From Octopus sinensis (Eukaryota): DNA of 64,000 bases. Position 1 is the stretch's first letter. Every line of letters begins with the position of its first letter. The translations under genes were made by a program, and so were the position numbers. The notes beneath the pieces are model-generated. The model searched no databases. It saw only the letters and a program-made list of their open reading frames with translations, and was not told the origin of the DNA. Shown piece after piece: positions 26,105 through 38,453 of this stretch. The stretch is taken from positions 1 through 64,000 of the forward strand of contig NW_021833460.1 in NCBI RefSeq assembly GCF_006345805.1. The letters run 5' to 3'.

Positions 26105-26305
26105 GAAAAAAACGAAACTCGTCAATAAGACATTTTAGCAAAAAATGATGGATTTGTATAGCGATTGACAGAACGCTATTAATATTGTTTAAAAAAACGT
26201 TATATGACATAACGTCATAAGTAGCTAACAGAAAGAGTAGGGATACCAATAGTGAATGTTAAATATAAAGGAAATTAAAGTTTAAATTATATATAATGAT
26301 AGAAA

Positions 26306-26945
26306 CTACTTATATGCACTAAATGTGTGTTTTTGCCAATGCTTACATCTGTATGCTCGCTCTATAACCGTGTTTACTAGATTATTTTTAGAAAAAATAA
26401 TGAAAAATAGCACAGAATTGCAGAGAAGACAGAATTCCTTGCTTTTGTCATAAGGTATCGAAATTGAGAGAATCAACCATTCTAAATGAAATTGTTCATT
26501 GTGGTCTTTTAAATCCCAAATCAGTTTGCTGAGACCGGTACTATTACGTTTATTTCTATCCCTAAATGTTGAGTAATGGATAGAAATTCTTGTAGATAAT
26601 TCTAACAATGTGCTTCCAATGTAAAATCGTACTTTATTACGAGTACTGATTATACACCGGTATATAGAATTTTTAATCTTAGATTAACTTGACATAAACT
26701 TAATTCTATTGGAATTGTCTTCAGATACAATAACCTTGTTATTAATATTTCTAGAGGGTTGGATGGTATTAGCTAAATTAATGTTAGTATTAGTAAATGT
26801 ATTGATATTTAACAGTTTGTTATTATGTGAAGAGATAATTTGTAAGAGATTTTTTGTGTTTGAAAAACCTATCCTAACCTTATGTGAATTGATAATAGAG
26901 TAATATCTAGAATTGTTTGGAAAATTCCTAGCAATAGCTTGACGA
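26306..26945 (-). mobile_element. Penelope-like element fragment (C-terminal region and GIY-YIG endonuclease), degenerate
   Basis: Translation includes ...HKVRIGFSNTKNLLQIISSHNNKLL..., NSIYRCIIST-RNKVRFYIGST (GIY-YIG) and RNSTGLSKLIWDLK...CLLC...CKH, typical of the PLE endonuclease. Confidence 0.8.
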
Positions 26946-27879
26946 AACAGTTTCCGTCCTACAATTTCTACTCACGTCGCATTGACCAACTAGAAGCAAT
27001 GTTCAACGAGAAATACCTGCCCGTTGTGCGAAACATCACTTAACAAACCCAGATCTACGGTAACTGCAATACCAGTTTCTTAAACACATAACCGTAACTG
27101 CATTCGTATTCGTTAAAATCCATTCTAACCAATACGGACGCTGCAATTCTATTTTTAACATTTGTAGACTTGACTGCGCTAGACTATTCAATTAGCAATT
27201 TTATGTTTCTCGAGATATTCTATTCAGACTCGTTGTACATATTCCATAAACGATAGAAACAAAGTCGTTTCCTATTGCCAATCCTTTTAGGCTTGGATTA
27301 ATTAAATTCCACCAAGCCTTCATAACATATTAGTATTTTCTTGGAAATCTAATTCTATTTGATATCGCTAACCAGAGACATTTCTTTTTATGCTTAATAA
27401 TTTTCTCTTAACGTTTTTCGTCTGTTGCTCAAAGACAATTTCTTGAATTTCAAATTTGATCTCATAAGGGAAGCATTGTAATCGTAGTGACAGGTATTAT
27501 TAACAACATGGAATATTGGAATATTTGGGATACAAATTCTTCAACTATTGGAATATTCTGGATACAAGTTCTTCAAATAATCTTAAGCATTTTCTTTTCC
27601 TTTTTTTTTTTTTTTGACATAAACGATTTTGTTTGGAAAATTTATTAAAATTATAAAATAAATACGTTTCGGTCGGAAAAGGTATGTGCTCAATGACGAT
27701 CAAATTAGATGCAATTATAGCAGTATCGAAACTATTTATGAAGATGATCTGATTTAGTTTCTATTGCATCTTGGAAATGGGACACAGCCCATAGCCTTGT
27801 TAGACAATCTTACAACGAAGGGTTTAGTGCAGTGAATGCCTATGACGAACCCTCGTGTATCACCGCCAGAAAAATAAGA

Positions 27880-28160
27880 GAAGCAATTCAGGGGCCGATT
27901 AATGTCCTAAGACGGATGAGCTGGGCGTGGGGATTAGTCCAAGGGCAAGAAGGGTTGGAGACAACAAGTGTTATGAAAGGACGAGAAACCTCGAGTTGGA
28001 GGATAATGCATGAGTAAAGAGTGTATGAGTTCAGAAAGTTCTGAGCATCAGATTTCATTATAGTAACTGTAGAAAGACGGTGAGGGAAGACTGCAAGCCT
28101 CTGAGTATCTGTGAGAAGAATTTTATGCCAGGCAAATGGGTCTTTACTGGGTGACATCTA
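27880..28160 (-). mobile_element. Old CR1/Jockey-group LINE ORF2 C-terminal remnant
   Basis: Frameshifted SSLTV-FYSYYN-x-CSELSELI...TR resembles the SLFYRYYNG.CSSEL motif near the 3' end of such LINEs (recall-based). Confidence 0.45.
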
Positions 28161-28653
28161 GGATGTTTGTACATTCTACAGTAGCTCCATCCCAGATTTG
28201 AGAGCAATATTTTGCTGCGGTTTATTGATTTCTGATGAAGTAATTAAGAGAAAAAAAAATTATAAGCTATTAATGTGGTCGAAGCATACGACTTGTCGAT
28301 TAATCGATCCTGTAAAGTTTAGTGCGAAGTACAAATAATCCAAAATGGTTAGAATACATATAGAAATCGTTGGTATGAAAGTAAACAATATGAAAAGCCG
28401 ATGTATGGGAGTATTTACAGCGGAATTGCAAGAAAAAGCATCGATATTGCTCTCAAGTCACATCCTACTGTCTTAAATGGAGAGGGATACTTCGGAAATG
28501 CCCCCTATCTTCAATGAAACAAAAGAACGAAACAACTAGAATACCTTCCGTCTCACTCACTAACTTTCTCTCTCTCTCACACACACACACGCATACACAC
28601 ACATGCATACATACATATACATGCATATATAAGCATAGTCACACATATGTATG

Positions 28654-28793
<140 letters not shown>

Positions 28794-29299
28794 ACTATAC
28801 ATACATTCGTATATATGCACATGTCAAGACACGTAGCTACATGTATGACAATATATTTATAAAACAAAATATGAATTTGCTCATACACTGGCTCCAAATA
28901 CTGCATACATACGACAAGCATGGTAAATACCCCGTTTATGTTGAAATTCCCATGATGGAACCATGGTTAGAAACCGATTCTTCTCTATTGGGAAAATATC
29001 TTGAACTAAAACTGAATAACATTCATAGGTCTATTACTCATAGAGCGTGGGAGAGAGAGAGAGAGAGAGAGAGCGCGCGTGTGTGTGTGTACATGTGTAT
29101 GAATATCTTCATATGTTGCTGTGTGTGTAGGTGATCTTACAATACCTAAGACATCTAGTTACTACAATCGCAGAACATGCGTTTCAAGTGCATCTCTCCA
29201 TAATGTTCAAGTGATCGTCAGATGCATCTATACAGCAGCCATCTGACTAGTACAAGTGTGAAAATAACGTCGTAACGCTGACATTGTAATCGGCCTTTG

Positions 29300-31022
29300 G
29301 AGAGAGGCTGGAGATGGTGTTAGTGATGGCGATAAAAGTATTGGTAACTATTATTGCGGTAGTAGTGTCAGTGATTATGTTGGTGGTGGGGATTGTCATG
29401 TTAGTAGTGCTGTTGGAGGTCGTGTTGGTGTTAGAGTTAATGTTGGAGTCAGTATGGTGACAATGATTATTACAAAGTGTCTTTGTGGTAGTGGTAATGA
29501 TGAAGGTGGAGATATTTGGGGTAAAGGTCGTGGTGGTGAAATGATGGCGGTGAAATGATCACGTTTGTAGTGGTGGCGGTGTCGATGGTAGAGATAGTTA
29601 TATGCGTAACTATGTTGGATATGGTATTGTTGGCATAGGTGCCGGTTTGATGGTGGTATTGGTGGTAGTGGTGGTGATGGTGTAGAAGTTGGCGGTGCTG
29701 CTCTTTGTGGCGGAGATAATGACGATGAGGTTTGTGCTAGCGGTAATGAGGAGGGTAGTGATAGGACTCATGGTGGTGATGGTTGTGGTGGATGCGGTGT
29801 CAGCAATGGTAGTGGTCGTGTTAAGAGCAGTAGTGGGAGTGATGGTTTAGTGGTGGTAGTGGTGGTAGCGGTGATGGAGCTGCTGCTGCTGGTTTCATTG
29901 ATGCCTGTCACTGGTCTGATTTAATTCTTGAATACGAAGGAAAGGTATAATTACCATTGGAGGTGTTTCTGGGTGTTTGCTGGATGTTTGCCGGGTGCAA
30001 CGCTTTGTAGAATGGAAGTTTTGCATTCGCTGTGGTCAATGATGTTCATACTGAAAGAGCGGCCATATCTGTCGTGCTTCGTTGCCAAGAGAAGCGTAAT
30101 GAAGGACATAGTGAGAAAGGAATGCTTTGTAGGTTTAAGACTGTCAGATGCAACACCAACAGCATCGCCATTAACGACAAACATCATCAACCGGGGTGAC
30201 ATCGGCAACAGTACTATTACCAATAACAATAAACTTGTTATGAAACCCATAAATAGGCAATGTCATCGCTATGTTGACATCACCATCATCGACGCTATCA
30301 GCAGCGCAAGCTGTCTCCGGCATCGAGAGCTGCTGCCCGTCACCAGCACCGAAGGCCGGTCCCAACCCCGCAACCTTCCTCGGCACTGCAGTCTCCCTCC
30401 CCCAAAACCTCGGCTACACTGCAAACCAGTAACATTTATACTAATACTTTTATCATCGCCGCCGTCAGCCTGTCCATTGCTACCACCAGCGCTACCTCCA
30501 CATCAACATAGTTACTACCACCGTCGTTACCACAATATATACCACCGTTACTGCCTCTACCACTACCACAAATATCACCACCATGATATCCACCACTTGT
30601 AAAACAACCAAAACCAATACCACCGGCGCCACCACCATTACTGCCACTGTCACCTTCACCACTACAGCCAACATATATTACCAATACCACCACCACAACC
30701 ACTACCACAACCATCACAGCAACCACCACTACCATCGCTATTATGAGCATTACGACCACAACCACAAATACCACCACGCTCACTATAACGAACCACCACC
30801 GCAAACACCACGACGACTACCACTACCACCCGTCCACAACACCACCACAACTGCTACCACCTCCACTGCCGCCGCTACCTTTCTCAGTGCCATCTCAAAC
30901 GTGTTGGATTCCAATTAAGACGGCAACAAATGAATAATGAGTTTGATTCTTAATTACGATCTCAGCAAGGAAATCAAGCAGAACAACTTCACAACGCATA
31001 GCACCAGGTCGCTACCACCACC

Positions 31023-31097
<75 letters not shown>

Positions 31098-31098
31098 G

Positions 31099-31137
<39 letters not shown>

Positions 31138-31138
31138 T

Positions 31139-31169
<31 letters not shown>

Positions 31170-31560
31170 GCTACTACTACTGCTGCAGCTGTTCCTGCGG
31201 CTACTGCTGCTCCTATATCTACTGCTACATGTATCCAACTGCTACTACTACTACTAATACTACTGCTGCTGCTGCTACTACTACGACTAATACTACTACT
31301 GTTGCTGCTACTACTACTACTAATACTACTGCTGCTGCTACTACTACTACTACTGCTGCTGATGCTGTTACTGCTGCTGCTGCCACTACCACTACTACTA
31401 CAACGATAACTGCTACTACTACTCTGTGACCGCTATGTTGCTACCACCACCCCTACTACTATTACCACTACTTCTAATGCAGCTACCGTTACTACAACTA
31501 CTACTATTACAACAGCTATGCCACCACAACCACTACTACCGCTGCTGATGCTCATGTTGA
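29300..31560. repeat. Compound trinucleotide low-complexity region: GGT/GAT-rich tract, ~270-bp unique core, then CAC/CTA/CTG tracts
   Basis: Read directly. It explains the poly-T/S/L/V/H ORFs in the track. Confidence 0.9.
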
Positions 31561-31997
31561 GTGTCTACATGGTCCAATGATCTGCTAGAAACACTGCTGA
31601 AACTCTTACTTATTTGTTAAACAACACGTTGTATAATGTAGACCAGTGGGGCGTTCGCTTCTCCAACAATCCGTTTTACTACCATGTCTCCAAAATTGAA
31701 CCTGTTCGTTAATTTCGAAATGGTTACAGTAATTGTGAGAATAGCACAAATTGTTGAATACCGAAGTAAATGTCTTCATTAGTTTAATTCTCGATGTATA
31801 TTTTGCCCACACTTTCTGTATATTTTGCCCACAATTTACGTATCCTATTCGCGCCATAGTTGAATTTCTTTGTCCTTCTGATAGCGATGAAGTAAATATC
31901 AAATATGTATTGGTATTGATTCTTTTTGATGAATATAGAAATCTATCCAAATAAATAACGTCAATGAAAATTATCATTACGAAAAATTATTATTATT

Positions 31998-32531
31998 GAG
32001 TGAGAGAGCAGTGCATGCCATCAAAGTGACACTGGGGTAAAATATACGAAGCCCAGTATACCCATCATGACTACCCGTCTGATAAGGGTACACTAGGCAC
32101 ATGCATCACAACCATATGTGCGCGACAAGGTGATCTCATATCAAGACAAACAGCACATGACCTTACAGGTGGGGCCCAGTTAGAATTTTCTTCTAAACGA
32201 GTAACCTATCCCGCTCAAACGGTCCCTGAATAAGGGTTGTTTAAAGACGTTGAACAAACCACGCATGCTTCCAGAGGTGAATCATTCAAACCCCACAGAA
32301 TCCCTCTCAACACATGGCTATCATGCTCCCCCAATACTTCTGTTCGTTATCAGAGATGCACATATCATCAGCCACTAAGGGATATGCTCGACGGAAAAGG
32401 TCAAGCAACTGACAAGCAAATCTGTGGCAGTACCAGGCAGTGGCTCTCAGGGCTTCTGATCTTAACTGATTGGCAGTGTTATCATGTATATTGTTTTGTC
32501 TTGGTATAAAAGATGGGATACAGCAAATATT
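31998..32531 (-). mobile_element. Element X copy 1, with a 105-bp terminal inversion
   Basis: Begins (ATT)n-GAGTGAGAGAGCAGTG on the plus strand. 32427-32531 is the reverse complement of 33532-33636 in copy 3. Strand is inferred from the neighbouring Dong elements. Confidence 0.8.
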
Positions 32532-32543
32532 ATTATTATTATT

Positions 32544-33078
32544 GAGTGAGAGAGCAGTGTATGCCATCAAAGTGACACTGGGGTAAAATATACGAAGCCC
32601 AATATACCCATCATGACTACCCGTCTGATAAGGGTACACCAGGCACATGCATCACAACCATATGTGCGCGACAAGGTGATCTCATATCAAGACAAACAGC
32701 ACATGACCTTACAGGTGGGGGCCCAGTTAGAATTTTCTTCTAAACGAGTAACCTATCCCGCTCAAACGGTCCCTGAATAAGGGTTGTTTAAAGACGTTGA
32801 ACAAACCACGCATGCTTCCAGAGGTGAATTATTCAAACCCCACAGAATCCCTCTCAACACATGGCTATCATGCTCCCCCAATACTTCTGTTCGTTATCAG
32901 AGATGCACATATCATCAGCCACTAAGGGATATGCTCGACGGAAAAGGTCAAGCAACTGACAAGCAAATCTGTGGCAGTACCAGGCAGTGGCTCTCAGGGC
33001 TTCTGATCTTAACTGATTGGCAGTGTTATCATGTATATTGTTTTGTCTTGGTATAAAAGATGGGATACAGCAAATATT
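32544..33078 (-). mobile_element. Element X copy 2, tandem duplicate of copy 1
   Basis: About 547-bp period with copy 1 and the same inversion (32974-33078). Confidence 0.8.
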
Positions 33079-33090
33079 ATTATTATTATT

Positions 33091-33646
33091 GAGTGAGAGA
33101 GCAGTGTATGCCATCAAAGTGACACTGGGGTAAAATATACGAAGCCCAATATACCCATCATGACTACCCGTCTGATAAGGGTACACCAGGCACATGCATC
33201 ACAACCATATGTGCGCGACATGGTGATCTCATATCAAGATAAACAGCACATGACCTTGCAGGTGGGGCCCAGTTAGAATTTTCTTCAGGTTGAGTAGCCC
33301 ATCCCGCTCAAAAGGTCCCTGAATAAGGGTTGTTTAAGGATGTTGAAAGAACCACCCATGTTTCCAGAGGTGAATTATTAAAACCCCACAGAATACCTCT
33401 CAACACATGGCTATGATGCTCCCCCACTACTTCTGCTCGTGATCAGAGATGCACATATCGTCAGCCACTAAGGGACATGCTCAACTGGTTAAGGTCAAAC
33501 AACTGACAAGCAAATCTGTGGTATTGAGCAGAATATTTGCTGTAGCCCATCTTTTATACCAAGACAAAACAATGTACATGATAACACTTCCAATCAGTTA
33601 TGATCAGAAGCCATGAGAGCCACTGCCTGGTACTGCATCAGGGCAT
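33091..33646 (-). mobile_element. Element X copy 3, the longest uninverted copy (~556 bp)
   Basis: Flanked on both sides by (ATT)n; no meaningful ORF. Confidence 0.8.
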
Positions 33647-33671
33647 TTATTATTATTATTATATATTATTA

Positions 33672-33715
<44 letters not shown>

Positions 33716-33721
33716 TATTAT

Positions 33722-36445
33722 CATTCAGTAGTTTTATTTTTATAGCGTGCTTTTACTTCACTACCGAGCGCAGCTCTGTGTGCCTTGGGTATGTGATGTG
33801 ATTTGTTGTGATGCTCTGATGGTTATTGTATGGAAAATGTTCTGCGTAGGATGTGTGCAGTGCCTAGTAGTGCAATTTTCTGTATGTTATATGTGTTGTA
33901 AGTCCTGATGTTTTTATGTATTTGTCTGAATATTTTTTATCATGCCTATGATAGGAATTTGTCTGTTTTCAGATTCCACATTCTAGTTACCTCTATTTCC
34001 AAGTCTTTGTATTTTGAGAGTTTCTCCATTTCTTTTAGAGACACGTTGTCATCTGTCGGTATTGATACATCAATTAGAAAGCATTTTTTTCTTGATGATC
34101 TCTGACAACTATATCTGGTCTTTTGGCCTTAATTTCTCTATCTGTGTGTATCGGCATATCCCAGAGTATGGTTGCTTTCTCGTTTTCTGTGACCTTTTCT
34201 GGTGTGTGCCTATACAATCTTTTTTCTGTTGTTATTCCATAATGTTGGCATAGCTTCCAATGTATGTAGGTTCCAACTCTGTCATGTCTGTGATATATTC
34301 CTTCTTAGCCAGGACTGGGCAGCTAGAGATAATATGATTTATTGTTTCTTGTCCATCTCCACATATTCTGCAGTTACTTGTAATATTTCTTTTCATTACA
34401 TGCTTTTGGTAATTTCTGGTGGGGAGGCTTTGATCTTGTGCTGCAATTAAAAATCCCTCTGTTTCTGCTTTGAGTCCTGAGCTTCTCAACCATTGCTGGG
34501 ATTTTTCTTTGTCTATTTCTTTTGCGTTTAGTTTAGTCCAGTATTTACCATGAAGGGGCTTTTCTTGCCATCGTTTTATCATGGTTCGTTGCTGTTCTAT
34601 TTTTAGTTTGGATTTCATTTGTTTTATAGCTTTTGTTGTTTCTTCATCTTCTTTCTTCTTCTTCTTCTTCGTGTTTATTTGGTGGTATGATTTCTTGTTT
34701 GTATTTGTCAGCTTCCTTAAATACTAGAACATTTTTTGTTTTGCTCGTGTTTTGCCGCTATCTGGATCAGTTTTCCTTCCTTTTGAAGTAGATATTTTTG
34801 CAGTCCTATGGTGGTTATTTTATAGTAGTTTTCCAGCTGTATAAGGCCTCTGCCACCTTCTATACGTTGTATATATAGTCTTTCTATGTCAGATTTTGTG
34901 TGATGCATCCTAGATCCTGTCATTATTTTTCTTGTTTTCCTATCTATTTTGGTCAGTTCATTTCGTGTCCAATTAAGGATATTGTAGCTGTAACTTATAA
35001 CTGGGACAGCTAAAGTGTTGATACCTATTATCTTGTTTTCAGCATTGAGCTCTGTTTTTAGTATTGATCTAACTCGTCTATAATATTCTTTTTTTATTTT
35101 CTCTTTCATTTGTGTGTTGTGTCTTATCTAGTTCATGGATTCCTAAGTATTTGTAAGTTTGGCTTTGGTCTAATTCTTTTATTTCATTGGTTTTATATAG
35201 TGTGATGTTGTTACTCTTAACTAGTTTTCCTCTTTTCATGGTTACTTTGGCGCATTTTTCTAATCCAAATATCATATCTATTTCTTTGGTAAATCCATGA
35301 ACTGTCTTTAATAGTGTTTCCAGCTGTTTGTCATTTGCAGCGTATAGTTTTAGGTCATCCATATATAACAGGTGGCTGATCGTTTTGCCGTAACATTTAT
35401 ATCCGCATCCGGTTCTATTTAGTATATCAGATAGAGGTGACAGTGCCAGCAGAAAAGGAGTGGAGAGAGCGTATCTCCCTGGAATATTCCTCTTCTAATG
35501 GGGATGTCTTTGGTTTTCATGAGTCCCTCTTTTGTTTGGAGGTATAGGACTGTTTGCCATTTATTCATAGAGTGCTCTATGAATTTTATGATTGTTGGTG
35601 CTACTTTGTTAATGGCTAGTGTTTCGAGGATCCATGTGTGGGGGATGCTATCAAACGCCTTTTTGTAGTCAATCCAGGCCACACTGAGGCCTTTCTTCTT
35701 TCTGTGGCTGTCTTCAGTTACGGCTTAATTAATCATTAGTTGATCTTTACAGCCATATGAGCCTTTGCGGCATCCTTTCTGCTCTTCTGGGAACAGTTTG
35801 TTTTCGTCCAGGTGCTTGTTCAGCCTTTGCTATATCACTGCAGTAAATGCCTTGAACATAGTAGGGAGGCAGGTTATTGGTCTGTAGTTTTCTGGTTTTT
35901 CTGTTTCATTTGATTTGGGAATTAAGATGGTTTTCCCCTTCGTGAGCCATTCAGGCATTGTCTCTGGCTCTGCTAGTATGTTGTTAAAGTTTTCAGCCAG
36001 CTTTTTGTGCATTCCTGTTAGATATTTCAACCAGAAGTTGGGGATCTTGTCATGCCCAGGTGCCTTCCAGTTGCTTAGTCTTTGCAGTGCCTGGGTGACC
36101 TCTTCAGTTGTTATGGGTGTCTAAAGTTGTTCAGATGCCGAGTTTGTTATTTTGATACTCCTTTTTTTTGGTTCTTCGTTCGCCGACCATATTTCTCCCC
36201 AGAATTCTTCCAATTCTTCTGCCGTTGGTGCTGCAGTGACTTCTATTTTATTTTTGCCCAGTTCTTGGTAGAACTTTTTGGGGTTGGAGTTGAACATTTT
36301 GTTTTGTTCAAAGAAGCGTTGGCGTTTCTCGTACCGGTGGATCCTTTGTGCTTTGGCAAGGATATCTTGCTTCAGCTTTTCTTTTATCTCAGGCAAATCT
36401 TTCTCTGTGATGTTATATTTGCGGAGTATTTTTGTTCTCTTTTTG

Positions 36446-36449
<4 letters not shown>
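33722..36449 (-). mobile_element. R4/Dong-clade non-LTR retrotransposon, 5'-truncated (~2.7 kb): RT, CCHC and RLE, frameshifted
   Basis: Minus-strand motifs WIDYKKAFDSIPH, RRGIFQGDTLSPLLF, HLLYMDDLKLY, YKYLGI, CRICGDGQETINHIISSC and an RPDIV...LIDVS endonuclease region. Flanked by (TAA)n, the established Dong target. Confidence 0.9.
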
Positions 36450-36479
<30 letters not shown>

Positions 36480-36497
36480 TTATTATTATTATTATTA

Positions 36498-36546
<49 letters not shown>

Positions 36547-36560
36547 TTCTATTATTATTA

Positions 36561-36604
<44 letters not shown>

Positions 36605-36608
36605 CATT

Positions 36609-37610
36609 ATTCAGTATTATTATTTTTATAGCGTGCTTTCACTTCACTACCGAGCGCAGCTCTGTGTGCCTTGGGTATGTGCTGTGATTTGTTGTGATGC
36701 TCTGATGGTTATTGTATGGAAAGTGTTCTACGTAGGATGTGTGCAGTGCCTAGTAGTGCAATTTTCTGTATGTTATATGTGTTTGTAAGTCCTGGTGTTT
36801 TTGTTATGTATTTGTCTGAATATTTTTTATCATGCCTAATGCACCTACTATGATAGGAATTGTTTCTGTTTTCAGGTTCCACATTCTAGTTATCTCTATT
36901 TCCAAGTCTTTGTATTTTGAGAGCTTCTCCATATCTTTTAGAGACACGTTGTCATCAGCCGGTATTGATACATCAATTAGAAAGCATTTTTTTTCTTCAT
37001 GATCTCTGACAACTATATCTGGTCTGTTGGCCTTAATTTCTCTATCTGTGTGTATCGGCATATCCCAGAGTATGGTTGCTTTCTCGTTTTCTGTGACGTT
37101 TTCTGGTGTATGCCTATACCATCTTTTTTCTGTTGTTATTCCATAATGTTGGCATAGCTTCCAATGTATGTAGGTTCCAACTCTGTCATGTCTGTGAATA
37201 TATTCCTTCTTAGCCAGGACTGGGCAGCTAGAGATAATATGATTTATTGTTTCTTGTCCATCTCCACATATTCTGCAGTTACTTGTAATATTTCTTTTCA
37301 TTACATGTTTTTGGTAATTTCTGGTGGGGAGGCTTTGGTCTTGTGCTGCAATTAAAAATCCCTCTGTTTCTGCTTTGAGTCCTGAGCTTCTCAACCATTG
37401 CTGGGATTTTTCTTTGTCTATTTCTTTTGCGTTTAGTTTAGTGCAGTATTTACCATGAAGGGGCTTTTCTTGCCATCGTTTTATCATGGCTCGTTGCTGT
37501 TCTATTTTTAGTTTGGATTTCATTTGTTTTATAGCTTTTGTTGTTTCTTCATCATCTTCTTCTTCTTCTTTGTGTTTATTAGGTGGTATGATTTCTTGTT
37601 TGTATTTGTC
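36609..37610 (-). mobile_element. R4/Dong-clade element, shorter 5'-truncated copy (~1 kb)
   Basis: The 239-aa ORF 36804-37523 has the CCHC knuckle, RHD, NRPDIVV...FLIDVSIP...KYKDL. Same 3' end as the longer copy; (TAA)n flanks. Confidence 0.9.
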
Positions 37611-37664
37611 TTTATTATTATTATTTGTCTTTATTATTTGTCTTTATTATTGTATTTGTCTTTA

Positions 37665-37714
<50 letters not shown>

Positions 37715-37784
37715 CATTACTATTATTATCATTATTATTATTTTATTATTATTATTATCATTATTATTATTATTATTATTATTA

Positions 37785-37823
<39 letters not shown>

Positions 37824-37943
37824 TATTATTATTATTATTTTATTATTATTATTATTATTATATTATCATTACTATTATTATTATTATTATTATTATTATA
37901 TTATTATTATTATTATTATATTATCATTATTATTAATACTATT

Positions 37944-38453
37944 GAGGGAGAGAACACAGCATGCCATCAAAATGAACCTGGGGTACAAATATACGAAGCT
38001 TAATTTACTTATCATGACTACCCGTCTGCACAAAAGGATGGTCTTATTTCAGGATAAAGAGCGCATGACCTTGCAGGTGGAGACCTGTTTGAAATTTCTT
38101 TCGGTGAAGGCCCCACTCAAAAGGTCCCTGAATAGGGGTTGTTTAAGGATGATGGATGAAACACCCATGTTTCCAGAGGTGAACTATTCAAACCCCAAAG
38201 AATTCTTCTCAACACATTGCTATGATGCTCCCCCACTACTTATGCTCGTGATCAGAGATGCACATATCGTCAGCCACAAAGGGACATGCTCAGCTGGTTA
38301 CGGACAAACAAGTGACAAGCAAATCTGAGGTATTGGGCAGAATATCTGTGGTAGCCCATCTTTTATACCAAGACAAAGCAATGTACATGATAACACTTCC
38401 AATCAGTTATGATCAGAAGCCATGAGATCCACAGCCTCGTACTTTCATCAGGG
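37944..38453 (-). mobile_element. Element X copy 4, more diverged
   Basis: Colinear with copy 3 and preceded on the plus strand by a long (ATT)n tract. Confidence 0.8.

Noticed and set aside
31998-33646. Regularly spaced repeats as a CRISPR-like array or a hammerhead retrozyme tandem
   Set aside because: Units are ~550 bp with no unique spacers. The CTGACGA and CTGATGC motifs in X are not followed by stem II plus GAAA.
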